From a virus, in IMG/VR virus record IMGVR_UViG_3300042374_001687, positions 79,619-143,618 of that record: a stretch of 64,000 nucleotides of DNA; one strand, written 5' to 3'. This document shows positions 39,137 to 47,596 of this stretch, one piece after another (the stretch's first letter is position 1; each line of letters starts with the position of its first letter). The position numbers and the translations under genes are program-made. The notes beneath the pieces were generated by a model. It saw only the letters and a list, made by a program, of their open reading frames with translations, did no database searches and was not told where the DNA came from.

Positions 39137-39282
39137 ATATCCTCCTGTTACAACTTTTAAAGTTTAACAACTATCAACATTTGGCCCGCCAACGAGGCGG
39201 CGTCAAATTGGCCTTCCGTGAGTGGACTGGCCGAAAATATTATAGTAAAATCAAAGCCGCATTTTATGGCATAAATATTCGG

Positions 39283-39738
39283 ATGATTGAAATAAGACCC
39301 ATTAAGCCGGATGAGATCGAGGCCGTGGAGGAGATTGGCACGGCGTCGTATCCGATGAATTACTACGAGGGAAGCGATTCTTTCCGATCCAAGATACACG
39401 GAAGTCCGGAGGGGTGTTTCGCGGGCTTCGTAGGAGGGGAACTAGCGGGGTATGTAATAACCTTCCCTTATTTTTCGGGAAAGCCCTATCCTATAGACGA
39501 GGTCTATGTGCCCGTATTCGGAGCCGACTGCCGGTATGTGCATGACTTGTGCGTTGCTGACTGGGCCAGAGGGGCGGGGCTGGGAGAGGCTATGGCGGAG
39601 GTTGTCTTGAGGAAGCCTGGGGTCGTGGCGTTGACGACGGTGATGGGCTCGGAGAGCTTCTGGGAGAACTTCGGATTCGAGCGGATTTTTGAATTTGATT
39701 ATTATGGGAGAGGCGCGACCTACATGGTGCGCCCTTGA
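39283..39738 (+). CDS. GNAT acetyltransferase
   Basis: YVHDLCV...RGAGLG, FWENFGF. Confidence 0.85.
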   Translation: MIEIRPIKPDEIEAVEEIGTASYPMNYYEGSDSFRSKIHGSPEGCFAGFVGGELAGYVITFPYFSGKPYPIDEVYVPVFGADCRYVHDLCVADWARGAGLGEAMAEVVLRKPGVVALTTVMGSESFWENFGFERIFEFDYYGRGATYMVRP

Positions 39739-40379
39739 CGGATTATGGTGAGTTGAGGTTTGTGGCCGGTCGTGTTCATGATGTTGCTCTTTAGTTGTTC
39801 GAGATCTTTCTTGTTTGACCGAGCAACTCGTTCGTCCATCATCTTTCCAAAGAAGAAGGGTATGGTCTTCCTTACCTTGAGTTCGCTTTTTATTGAAACA
39901 TGCGTTCTTTCGGCCAATCCGCCTTGCTCCACGGACGGACTGACTTCTATCGTTCTTTGGCAAGATGCAATATGTTCTTGAGGAGAGACAAGTCTGGTGT
40001 TTATGGACAAGATTTGATCGTCCAAGTGCATCTCTTGAACGAACGGAAGTTCAAGATGGCCAAGGTCGGGATCCTTTTTCTCCACCGTGAACTTCATTGT
40101 CCCCTCTAGCTTGTATTCTCGGATCCTCAGTATCCTTCTGGGGACTTCCACTTGAAAACTATCCCAGTTCTTATTCTTCACCACGCCGTCATTTTCCTCA
40201 ACGATCTTTTCCAGAGAGTTTTTAGAAGCCAGCCCTTTAATTACGAGGAGGTATGGGCTTTCAATGACAAAATCCGAGGTCTCCACACTTTCGGACTCGT
40301 GAACCTTCAAGCAAAAATATCCTGCTGTGAATAGCAGAGCGATCAATGCGGCCAATCCAACTGCGATTTTTTTCATCAT
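39720..40379 (-). CDS. Membrane-anchored/secreted hypothetical protein
   Basis: N-terminal KK + hydrophobic helix. Confidence 0.65.
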   Translation of the reverse strand: MMKKIAVGLAALIALLFTAGYFCLKVHESESVETSDFVIESPYLLVIKGLASKNSLEKIVEENDGVVKNKNWDSFQVEVPRRILRIREYKLEGTMKFTVEKKDPDLGHLELPFVQEMHLDDQILSINTRLVSPQEHIASCQRTIEVSPSVEQGGLAERTHVSIKSELKVRKTIPFFFGKMMDERVARSNKKDLEQLKSNIMNTTGHKPQLTIIRQGRTM

Positions 40380-40537
40380 GGTTTAACTTAGTGTCCTGTT
40401 GGAATTGTTTGCGACAAGGCGGCTTTGGGCCGTTTTGGGCGGAAAAACAAGGCAGCGCCGGATTTCAAGGGCCGTTTTCGTTTCTGGTTTACAGTCGGGA
40501 AAAGTCGGACTACAATCTTCCAGAAGGAGAAACATCC

Positions 40538-40693
40538 ATGCAAAATGAACTCTGGGAAGTCTTGAAGAATGACCCCATGATGCTCAGGGAGTTCGTGGAT
40601 ATCCATAAAAACATGACACTCTGGCAGAGGTTCTCTTACGGCATTTCCTTGGGCTGGTGGAGATTCAAAATGAAGTTTGGACTCACTAGATAG
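40538..40693 (+). CDS. Small hypothetical protein
   Basis: AAGGAG RBS, MQNELWEVL... Confidence 0.5.
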   Translation: MQNELWEVLKNDPMMLREFVDIHKNMTLWQRFSYGISLGWWRFKMKFGLTR

Positions 40694-40696
40694 TGC

Positions 40697-41434
40697 ATGG
40701 AATTTAGGGAGTTTCTTGAAGAACAAGAGTTCAAGGCATTTGACGAGCAGATGGCTCTTGAAGTCAATCTGTTGACCGTGCCGAAATTTGTGGCCGGGGC
40801 GGCTGCAAATGCTGTGACGCAAGCTGGCAGAGGGGTCGGCAACATCGTCGGCGGGGCGGCAAAGAGTGCCCTTGGTGCAGCCCGCATGGGTCTTGGCGGC
40901 CTCCAGATGATTGGAGGCGGTGTAGAGCCGGGCTGGGATAATGTTAAGGCGGGATGGGGTGCTGCTCAGGATGCTGGCCTCCAAATTGGAAAAGGCGTCC
41001 TTCAAGGGGCCGGCGTCGTTACCGGGGCCACCCCGCTTCTAAGAGGGGCTCAGGCTGCGAGCGAAAAGATAACCGATATAAGCGGGATTTATTCGCCCAA
41101 AGGAAAGAATTCTTGGCAAGACATCTTCGGAATGAATTCTTGGAAAAAAGATTCAAGTGAGTCTGGGGTCAAGAATTTAGAGCGTGCCAAAGCTGCCGGA
41201 AAGGCTGTTCCCTCTGAGAGGAGGAGTGGAGTAAGCTCAAAAGTTTCAGCCGAGGCAAGAGAGAAGGCTCTTGAAAGACAGCAGCTCTGGCTGCATTTGG
41301 TCGCCGCCTATAAGTCTTCTAGAAGTTTGGCCGAGAAGAAGAAACTCCAAGACACGATAAGAAAGGTGTTTCCGGAAAAGTACGCAGAGATAATGGCGCG
41401 GCAAGAAACCAAGAAGATAATGGACAAAAAATGA
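40697..41434 (+). CDS. Putative capsid-targeted Gly/Ala-rich (glycine-zipper-like) protein
   Basis: MEFREFLEEQE tag; GxxxG-rich amphipathic region; basic C-terminus. Confidence 0.65.
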   Translation: MEFREFLEEQEFKAFDEQMALEVNLLTVPKFVAGAAANAVTQAGRGVGNIVGGAAKSALGAARMGLGGLQMIGGGVEPGWDNVKAGWGAAQDAGLQIGKGVLQGAGVVTGATPLLRGAQAASEKITDISGIYSPKGKNSWQDIFGMNSWKKDSSESGVKNLERAKAAGKAVPSERRSGVSSKVSAEAREKALERQQLWLHLVAAYKSSRSLAEKKKLQDTIRKVFPEKYAEIMARQETKKIMDKK

Positions 41435-41512
41435 AAAAGAAGAAGAAAAAGAGCAAAAGTGGCGGACTGAAGATGGTGCTGAACTCCAGCGGACAGCCGG
41501 TGTTTATCGGTT

Positions 41513-42367
41513 TCAAGGACTGGCTGGTCGCTCGGGGCAAGCTTGTTGAAGGCCAAGTCCAGACTTAATTTTTGCTGCCGTGCTTTCGTTTTCAAAAAGA
41601 AGGGCGTCTTCGGACTCTACCTCGCTCCTCCAGTTTTCGTTCATTTCTTTGTACTTCTCGGAAAGTTCCTCTGGGGCCGGCATCTTTAGTCCGGATATCT
41701 CGACAAGCAAAGACCCCAATTCCCCGTGACCCTTGATTTCGTAAATATCGCCCACGCTTGTTCCGGGCTTTATGTGAAGTTTCCTAGGGCCGTAGAGTGT
41801 TTCCACCTCTATTATGCCGCCTTGAAGAGCTACAATTACCGGTATGGCTTCGTTGACAAGAAGCAGTCCGGCATCCTTGTTGGGCGAAGGCTTGTAACGC
41901 TCATGTTCCTTTATGGAATAGTGAACCTTTATGTCCTTTATGGATCCGCCTATCCTCTGTGCTTTGTGCAACTTAGAAACTGGTGACGCTTTTAAAAGCA
42001 ACATTGGGGGTATCTTCTCCACCACCGTCAGGACATGAATGTTTGCCTTGGATGAAATATTCCTTTTGTCTGATATCATGGGAACGCTGGATATAACCTC
42101 TTGCCTCAGGTGTGTCTCCAAGGTCGTTCCGAATATTGCCTCCTCAAGAGATACTTGAACATGAAACTCAATCTTGTCTTCTTTTGGGGTTTCGTCTTCT
42201 TGCAAGGATGTAAGAAGTTTGTATGCCTCGTGTATCTTCAAGAATTTCTCAGGATCGCCGCCCTTGTCGGGGTGGTTCTCCTTGCTCATCTTCAGATATG
42301 CCTTTTTTATAGTCTCCTTGGGGTCGGAACTTATTCCTAGGATTTCATACGCTTCTTCAATAGTCAT
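41513..42367 (-). CDS. dnaJ: DnaJ-class co-chaperone (J domain + C-terminal domain)
   Basis: AYEILG, IKKAY...NHPDKGGD..KF..I.EAY; VSLEEAIFG, ALQGG.IEVETL.G. Confidence 0.9.
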   Translation of the reverse strand: MTIEEAYEILGISSDPKETIKKAYLKMSKENHPDKGGDPEKFLKIHEAYKLLTSLQEDETPKEDKIEFHVQVSLEEAIFGTTLETHLRQEVISSVPMISDKRNISSKANIHVLTVVEKIPPMLLLKASPVSKLHKAQRIGGSIKDIKVHYSIKEHERYKPSPNKDAGLLLVNEAIPVIVALQGGIIEVETLYGPRKLHIKPGTSVGDIYEIKGHGELGSLLVEISGLKMPAPEELSEKYKEMNENWRSEVESEDALLFENESTAAKIKSGLGLQQACPERPASP

Positions 42368-42385
42368 ATCTTATATATGATTGCA

Positions 42386-42427
42386 TAAAAAAAGCCGGCC
42401 AGGTCATTTCTGACTCTGGCCGGCTTG
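42386..42427 (-). terminator. Intrinsic terminator ending the large ncRNA
   Basis: AAGCCGGCCAG...CTGGCCGGCTTTTTTT. Confidence 0.85.
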
Positions 42428-43260
42428 ATTTGGCGAAAGGATTTTGATCCACTCGTGGTTTAACAGAGGAATGAATCAATCATTGAAGTCCGTCACTTAA
42501 AGCAGATCCCACAGGTTCCTTCCGCCTTTGGGCATTTTTAACCCACCGCGTTTGACCTGTGTGTGACAGTCGTGGTCTGTCCGTAAACTTGCTGACGGCC
42601 ATGGATTTAGCCTTTCGCGCCAGATTCCGCCTGTAACCAGCGGTTGCCCTAGCGTGGAGGCGTATGTCCAACATGCTGACGACTCGTTCCGTGCATTTGC
42701 CGCGACATTCCTGTTTTTTAACGTGTTCAGGCACCACGTCGTTTCTGGGGATTTTTTATCCCGGGCTCAACATCACTATGTTCCGTCGCCACGGATGCTC
42801 TGTGTTCACAGAGGGATTTCCATGAGAGACTGCTGGTTCAAATGGCTATCCCGTGATGCTCAAGGACCGTTACTCCGTTTTATTTTGGGCTTGCCCACAA
42901 GGAGCAAGTGCGTTCCCGAACTGTGCGGAGGCGTTTTGAAAACATTTGGGCGAGTCTTCATTTCTGTCGGCTCGTCCTATCTGCCTTCTCATCCTTTCTA
43001 CGAAGCCCGCCTTAGAGTTCCGAGTCCGACTCCTCCTTTTACGGTTTTGTCGGATCGTATGTGGTTCAGATGCACCTTTCGGAGCAGGAGCCACATCCCG
43101 GCCCATTCTGCGGGTTGGGCTTTTGTCAACGTGGAGATCTTTTGGACTCCATCGTATGACCCTAAGGCTTCATTTTTCACCGATACCTTTTCGGTATCGG
43201 CAAGGACTTGGCTTAATTGTCAATGATCAGCTCAGCCATCGCGTTTCCGTGCGGCTGATG
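42390..43260 (-). ncRNA. Putative large structured non-coding RNA (~870 nt)
   Basis: No credible ORF; own promoter and terminator; 10-bp 5'/3' closing helix; numerous GNRA-type hairpins. Confidence 0.7.
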
Positions 43261-43265
43261 GGCTC

Positions 43266-43293
43266 AGTATACAAAGATCGGCACGCGTTGCAA
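43266..43293 (-). promoter_or_regulatory. Sigma70-type promoter for the ncRNA
   Basis: TTGCAA-N16-TATACT with TG just upstream of -10. Confidence 0.7.
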
Positions 43294-43348
43294 GGGCCGG
43301 ACGAAATTTTTTTTCGGATTGGTCGCAAACCCTTTTGGCAAAAGAAGA

Positions 43349-43639
43349 TCAGTCCTTATAGGGTATCCAGTGCTTCCGGGTAAATAGGAGGTTTGCGAAA
43401 AATCCACAAAATGCGCTCATGATATTGCTCGCATACGGAAGGGTGACATCCTGCATCGGGTTGATGAGGAAGCTCAGTCCCAAACTGATCCAGAAACTCG
43501 AGCATTCGTGGCAGAGGAGCATCCTTCTGATGTAGGGCACTCTTGCCACAAGGTTTCTAAACGGAACACTGGCCTCGGTGTCGCTCCACGCGTAGCACAC
43601 CCCGAGGCTCGTGATGAGAAATAAAACGAGAGTGTTCAT
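43349..43639 (-). CDS. Small membrane protein (DUF1360-like, CxxC..FW)
   Basis: Hydrophobic helices, LLCHECSSFW. Confidence 0.65.
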   Translation of the reverse strand: MNTLVLFLITSLGVCYAWSDTEASVPFRNLVARVPYIRRMLLCHECSSFWISLGLSFLINPMQDVTLPYASNIMSAFCGFFANLLFTRKHWIPYKD

Positions 43640-44040
43640 AGGAAGTACACCGCGACCGAATTCTCCCTTTCCACAACGCTGAATGCCCTAAAGGCCTTTC
43701 CGGCAAGCGATTGCGAGAAGGTCAACCAAGCCTCGTCGCCCTTCTGGACCTCAAACACCCTGCCGGAATAGTTGTTGGCAGCACGCTGGCTGACCAGCTG
43801 ATTGATCTCGGCTTGGAGGCCAGCAGGATCCTTGACATACTTTTCAAGCACATCCTTGTTCTGCTCCAACTGCTCGGTGAAGAACTTTATCACCCTGCCC
43901 CTGCAGGTGCAGTTGGGATTGTTCTTGAAGGTCACCAGGTCAGCTAGAATTGCTGGGAAGTCCGCCTTGAGTTGTTCAAATACAGAATCATCTTTGATGA
44001 GTATGGGAAGCGCATCGCCCAGATTTGCTATTGTTATCAT
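43636..44040 (-). CDS. Hypothetical protein
   Basis: AAGGAG RBS; NPNCTC motif; coupled to downstream ORF. Confidence 0.7.
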   Translation of the reverse strand: MITIANLGDALPILIKDDSVFEQLKADFPAILADLVTFKNNPNCTCRGRVIKFFTEQLEQNKDVLEKYVKDPAGLQAEINQLVSQRAANNYSGRVFEVQKGDEAWLTFSQSLAGKAFRAFSVVERENSVAVYFL

Positions 44041-44086
44041 GATTTCTCCTTGTTTATTATTCTAGTACCGATTGGTAAAAAATTTT

Positions 44087-44329
44087 TTAACGGTTTATGT
44101 GGCAAAAAACAGCGTAAATGAAGCACATGGCAAAATGAAGCATCATGCACAGGACAATGAACTTTGCGGCCGTCGCCAGAGGATCCGCCTTCTCAAGAAA
44201 CGACACCAAATTTTGCATTTTCTTCTTGTCCATGCCTCCTTGATGGATTAGGTAGTTGAATTGAACTTCCGTGCATTCGCCGCTCATGTGCTTCCTGGCG
44301 AGCGCTAGTTCGTCTTCCGTGTATTCCAT
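44087..44329 (-). CDS. Small membrane protein
   Basis: C-terminal hydrophobic helix. Confidence 0.5.
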   Translation of the reverse strand: MEYTEDELALARKHMSGECTEVQFNYLIHQGGMDKKKMQNLVSFLEKADPLATAAKFIVLCMMLHFAMCFIYAVFCHINR

Positions 44330-44510
44330 TTGTGACGCTTTCTTTGATGCGAACTGCCCAACTCCTAAAGGGATTGGGTTTTCTGGCGGGAGTCGTATAA
44401 ATCATAGAGTATGTCTTGGAGCAAATAAGCAATGGGTTGGGGCCGTTAGTTTTGTTAATTTTGACTGGGTGTTAAGATATATACTTTTGGGCTCTAGCAC
44501 AGGAGAAAAA

Positions 44511-44825
44511 ATGGCAGTATACACAGTTGATCTTACACCCGTCGTTGTGACGAACTCATCGGAAGGCAGCTTGGACACCTCGGTTGTGGGTGGACTTTCT
44601 ATTCAAAGAACATTCAATGACCACATGGTGGTGAACGGATCGGATCGCAAGATTGTCGGCAGACTTGCGGACGGATCTACCTACGACGACACCACGTTCG
44701 AGACGGTCTCTTCAGACCTTCCCATCGGAAACCCGACAGTTTCCGAAGGAAATCCGGTAATAAGCGAAAACAATGTTACAGCCGGACACCCGACAGCCAG
44801 CAGCGCTTCGGGAAGCACAATCTGA
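44511..44825 (+). CDS. Stand-alone SIQRT-domain protein (probable virion decoration)
   Basis: AGGAG RBS; DLTP...EGSLDT...SIQRT...RK...DG.T.DD...GNP/GHP; terminator 44845-44878. Confidence 0.7.
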   Translation: MAVYTVDLTPVVVTNSSEGSLDTSVVGGLSIQRTFNDHMVVNGSDRKIVGRLADGSTYDDTTFETVSSDLPIGNPTVSEGNPVISENNVTAGHPTASSASGSTI

Positions 44826-44926
44826 TTTGTTTATTTTAATTGTGGACGGCCGCTCAAATGGGCGGCCGTCTTTTTTTATGTATTTTGGAATAGATACTGC
44901 TGAGCTTTTATGAGGCGGGAGGAAGA

Positions 44927-45307
44927 ATGCTATCGATGCAAGAATACAGGCAGTCCAAGAGTGTCAAAGGGCTCGTGCAGAAACTTTTTGAAGCCAGGCA
45001 AGTGATTCACACTTGTCATCTGAAGTCGAAGAGTTTCAGCGAACACAAGGCTTTGGACGATTTCTACAGCGGAATATTGGATCTTGCGGACGAGTTCGTC
45101 GAAACCTATCAGGGTCAATACGGAATACTCTCGGACTACGAGATACAGACCCAGCCGGTAAGCAATCCTTTGGAATATTTGGAGGATTGCGTGAAGATGT
45201 TCGTATTGGGTAGGGATTCCATTAAGGATTCCCATCTTCAAAACATCATGGACGAGATAGTTGCCATGACTTACAGAACCATATACAAGTTGAAAAATTT
45301 GAAGTGA
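44927..45307 (+). CDS. Ferritin/Dps-like (DUF5856-like) protein
   Basis: H..HL...SFSEHKALDDFY...D.F.ETYQG.YG...LQNIMDEI...YKL..L. Confidence 0.75.
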   Translation: MLSMQEYRQSKSVKGLVQKLFEARQVIHTCHLKSKSFSEHKALDDFYSGILDLADEFVETYQGQYGILSDYEIQTQPVSNPLEYLEDCVKMFVLGRDSIKDSHLQNIMDEIVAMTYRTIYKLKNLK

Positions 45308-45371
45308 TAAAAAAGAAGGGCACAGGAATTCCTGTGCCCTTCTTGCCTTTTTCAAAAAAGACGATGTTGCT

Positions 45372-45764
45372 TTACTTGCAGCAGCAGTCGCACTTCTTGA
45401 CCTTTGACTCTACGACAAGAGTCTTGGGCTTCTTGCGACATTCGCAGCCGCTGTTGCAGCAGTCGCAGCAATTACGGCTTTCTCGAGCCTCCTGCCTGTC
45501 TGCAATCCGGTTCAAGCGGCGTGTATGCCAAGGCGAAAGCTTGACAGAGCGAGCCTCTTCGCAACAAGCGACTGTCTGCACAGCAACGGGCTGAGCGGCG
45601 ACTGTCTGCACAGCAACGGGCTGAGCGGCAGCTTGTGTTGTCTGTGTCGCAGGGGCTGCGGCTGGGGTGGGGGTGCTCGTCTTGAGGACGCTGACCGTGC
45701 CGTCATCCGAACGGGCGGTCGAGGCAAGAGCAAGCAAGCAAAGTGCGGCAAAAATAATCTTCAT
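45372..45764 (-). CDS. Secreted Cys-rich small protein
   Basis: Signal peptide MKIIFAALCLLALASTARS; 30-bp tandem duplication 45568-45627; CCDCC/CDCCC. Confidence 0.7.
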   Translation of the reverse strand: MKIIFAALCLLALASTARSDDGTVSVLKTSTPTPAAAPATQTTQAAAQPVAVQTVAAQPVAVQTVACCEEARSVKLSPWHTRRLNRIADRQEARESRNCCDCCNSGCECRKKPKTLVVESKVKKCDCCCK

Positions 45765-45905
45765 ATTAACTCCTTTGTGTTTTCGCCGAAGAATTCGGCG
45801 ACAAGGTCATTATAGTCGCTCGGCGGAGAAAAGTAAAATTTGACGGGGAAGCTGCCGGTTTTGAAAATATAGGTAATGTAGGCAACAATGTGGGAGATGT
45901 GGGAG

Positions 45906-46328
45906 CTATATTTTTTGGCTGGGGACCACAACGCCCAAGTGAACCGTTCCCGAGCCGGATTGAATGTCGATACAGACCTCTCTCTTGGATGCATCAAAGC
46001 TTGTTATTCTCCAAGGAACCTCCAGCCCTTCCAGATACCTTCTAGTGCTTCCAACACTGCGGGGCTCATCTTGTGCAGCCGTTCCAGGATCGGCGTCAAG
46101 GCGGCGAAGTAGGCTTGCCATAGATATCCCGAGGCTCGCGGCGGCGGCCTTGTAGTTGCCGTCAAATTGCTCAAGAACTTCTGCGGTGGATGCCTTTTTC
46201 TGGTATTGTACGCCGGAAAACGGGCTGAAGTTTTTTGGCCTTGTGTACCTGGGCGGGCCGATCATTGAAAGCAGCGCTTTCTTGTTGAGTCTGTCCGTCC
46301 CTTTGCAAGCGCCGCGTATTATGCCCAT
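45906..46328 (-). CDS. Fis-type HTH protein
   Basis: VLEQFDGNYKAAAASLGISMASLLRRL. Confidence 0.65.
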   Translation of the reverse strand: MGIIRGACKGTDRLNKKALLSMIGPPRYTRPKNFSPFSGVQYQKKASTAEVLEQFDGNYKAAAASLGISMASLLRRLDADPGTAAQDEPRSVGSTRRYLEGLEVPWRITSFDASKREVCIDIQSGSGTVHLGVVVPSQKI

Positions 46329-46383
46329 GAACTTATATAGTCTTTCTGGGCTAGTTTGACCCGATGGTTACTATCTTATCTTA

Positions 46384-46608
46384 ATGAAGTCCCTCATAAA
46401 GCAAGACAGTTATTGGTACGTTGATGGCGAGGACGACGACGCAAGGATGATGGCCCTATGTTCTATCTGCGCCAAAAAGCAGAACAAAGGGTGGCTTTGG
46501 AAGGGGGAAATGGGGTACGGGAACTATGATTTGTTCTGTGCGTCTTGTAAAAATGCCATCCATATAAGGGAGAATAATGAGGCTAAAGCCAATAATAAAG
46601 GTCAGTGA
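46384..46608 (+). CDS. Small zinc-finger protein
   Basis: CSIC...CASC. Confidence 0.55.
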   Translation: MKSLIKQDSYWYVDGEDDDARMMALCSICAKKQNKGWLWKGEMGYGNYDLFCASCKNAIHIRENNEAKANNKGQ

Positions 46609-47290
46609 AAGCAAGAGCTACCTTGTTTCATGGATTATAGAAAAATTCCCGGAAGGATACCAGAACATGGTTTACATAGAGCCCTTTCTGGGGTCCGGGG
46701 GGGTTCTCTTGAACAAGGAGCCCTCGCGCGAGGAGTGTGCCAATGATCTGGATCCGGGTGTCATGGACATATGGAGGGCTCTAAGGGACGAGCCAAAGTT
46801 GTTTACATCCAAGGCAAGAAGGATGGAATACAAGGAGGCAACTTTCAAGCGACTTCTTAAAAAAAAGGAGACCGACTACTTGGCGAGGGCCGTGAACGAG
46901 TTTGTCCTCAGACAGATGAGCAAGAGTGGGTTGAAGAAACACTTTCTGCCCAAGGAAAAGAGTGTCAAGTGCAAGGATTGCTGGCAGGAGGTATTTGAGA
47001 AGATACCGGCCATTTCCGAAAGGATTGATAAAGTACACTTGTTGGATCAAGACGCCATAAAAATACTGGGCTCTTTCAGTCACAAGGACACTCTTGCCTA
47101 TTGCGATCCCCCATCCACGAAGGAGATGAGTCCGGACAAACATGTGGAACTGGGCGAGGTTTTGAAAAACTTCAAGGGCAAGGTGGTAATAAGCGGCTCC
47201 AACACCCCCCTCTACAAACGAATATATTCCGGCTGGGTTCGGAAGGGCATTCCCGGGCGTCCCAAGGAATGCATATGGACGAATTTTTGA
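46577..47290 (+). CDS. Dam-family DNA adenine methyltransferase (degenerate motif IV)
   Basis: YIEPFLGSGGV, ANDLD, YCDPPS. Confidence 0.8.
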   Translation: MRLKPIIKVSESKSYLVSWIIEKFPEGYQNMVYIEPFLGSGGVLLNKEPSREECANDLDPGVMDIWRALRDEPKLFTSKARRMEYKEATFKRLLKKKETDYLARAVNEFVLRQMSKSGLKKHFLPKEKSVKCKDCWQEVFEKIPAISERIDKVHLLDQDAIKILGSFSHKDTLAYCDPPSTKEMSPDKHVELGEVLKNFKGKVVISGSNTPLYKRIYSGWVRKGIPGRPKECIWTNF

Positions 47291-47312
47291 CGCGTGGCCG
47301 CTAAATATATCC

Positions 47313-47594
47313 ATGACCATCACCTTCAAGGAATTTGCAGATAGCAACGACGAGTCCAAGGACGAACAGAAGGCCCTCGAGGTCGTCAGGAAGGGAATGA
47401 ACATGCAGAGGGGCTCGGACTTCTGGGACGACTTAATAAGCCTTTGCGGGAATGCCGAAGGCATGTCCAAGCTTCTAGGGGTTCCGAGGGAAAAGATCAC
47501 CGGGCTGGCCGGCAGGATCGGCAAATTGAAGGATAAGGCAATAGATACGGACGAAACTAGTTCCAAAGACCGACTTATCAAAACGGGGAAATAA
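47313..47594 (+). CDS. Putative capsid-targeted protein
   Basis: MTITFKEFADS tag. Confidence 0.65.
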   Translation: MTITFKEFADSNDESKDEQKALEVVRKGMNMQRGSDFWDDLISLCGNAEGMSKLLGVPREKITGLAGRIGKLKDKAIDTDETSSKDRLIKTGK

Positions 47595-47596
47595 AA

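Noticed and set aside
42480-43383. ORFs 42654-43226, 42946-43383 and 42480-42737 as proteins
   Set aside because: Non-ATG starts, no RBS, atypical composition; promoter, terminator and pairing pattern favour a minus-strand ncRNA
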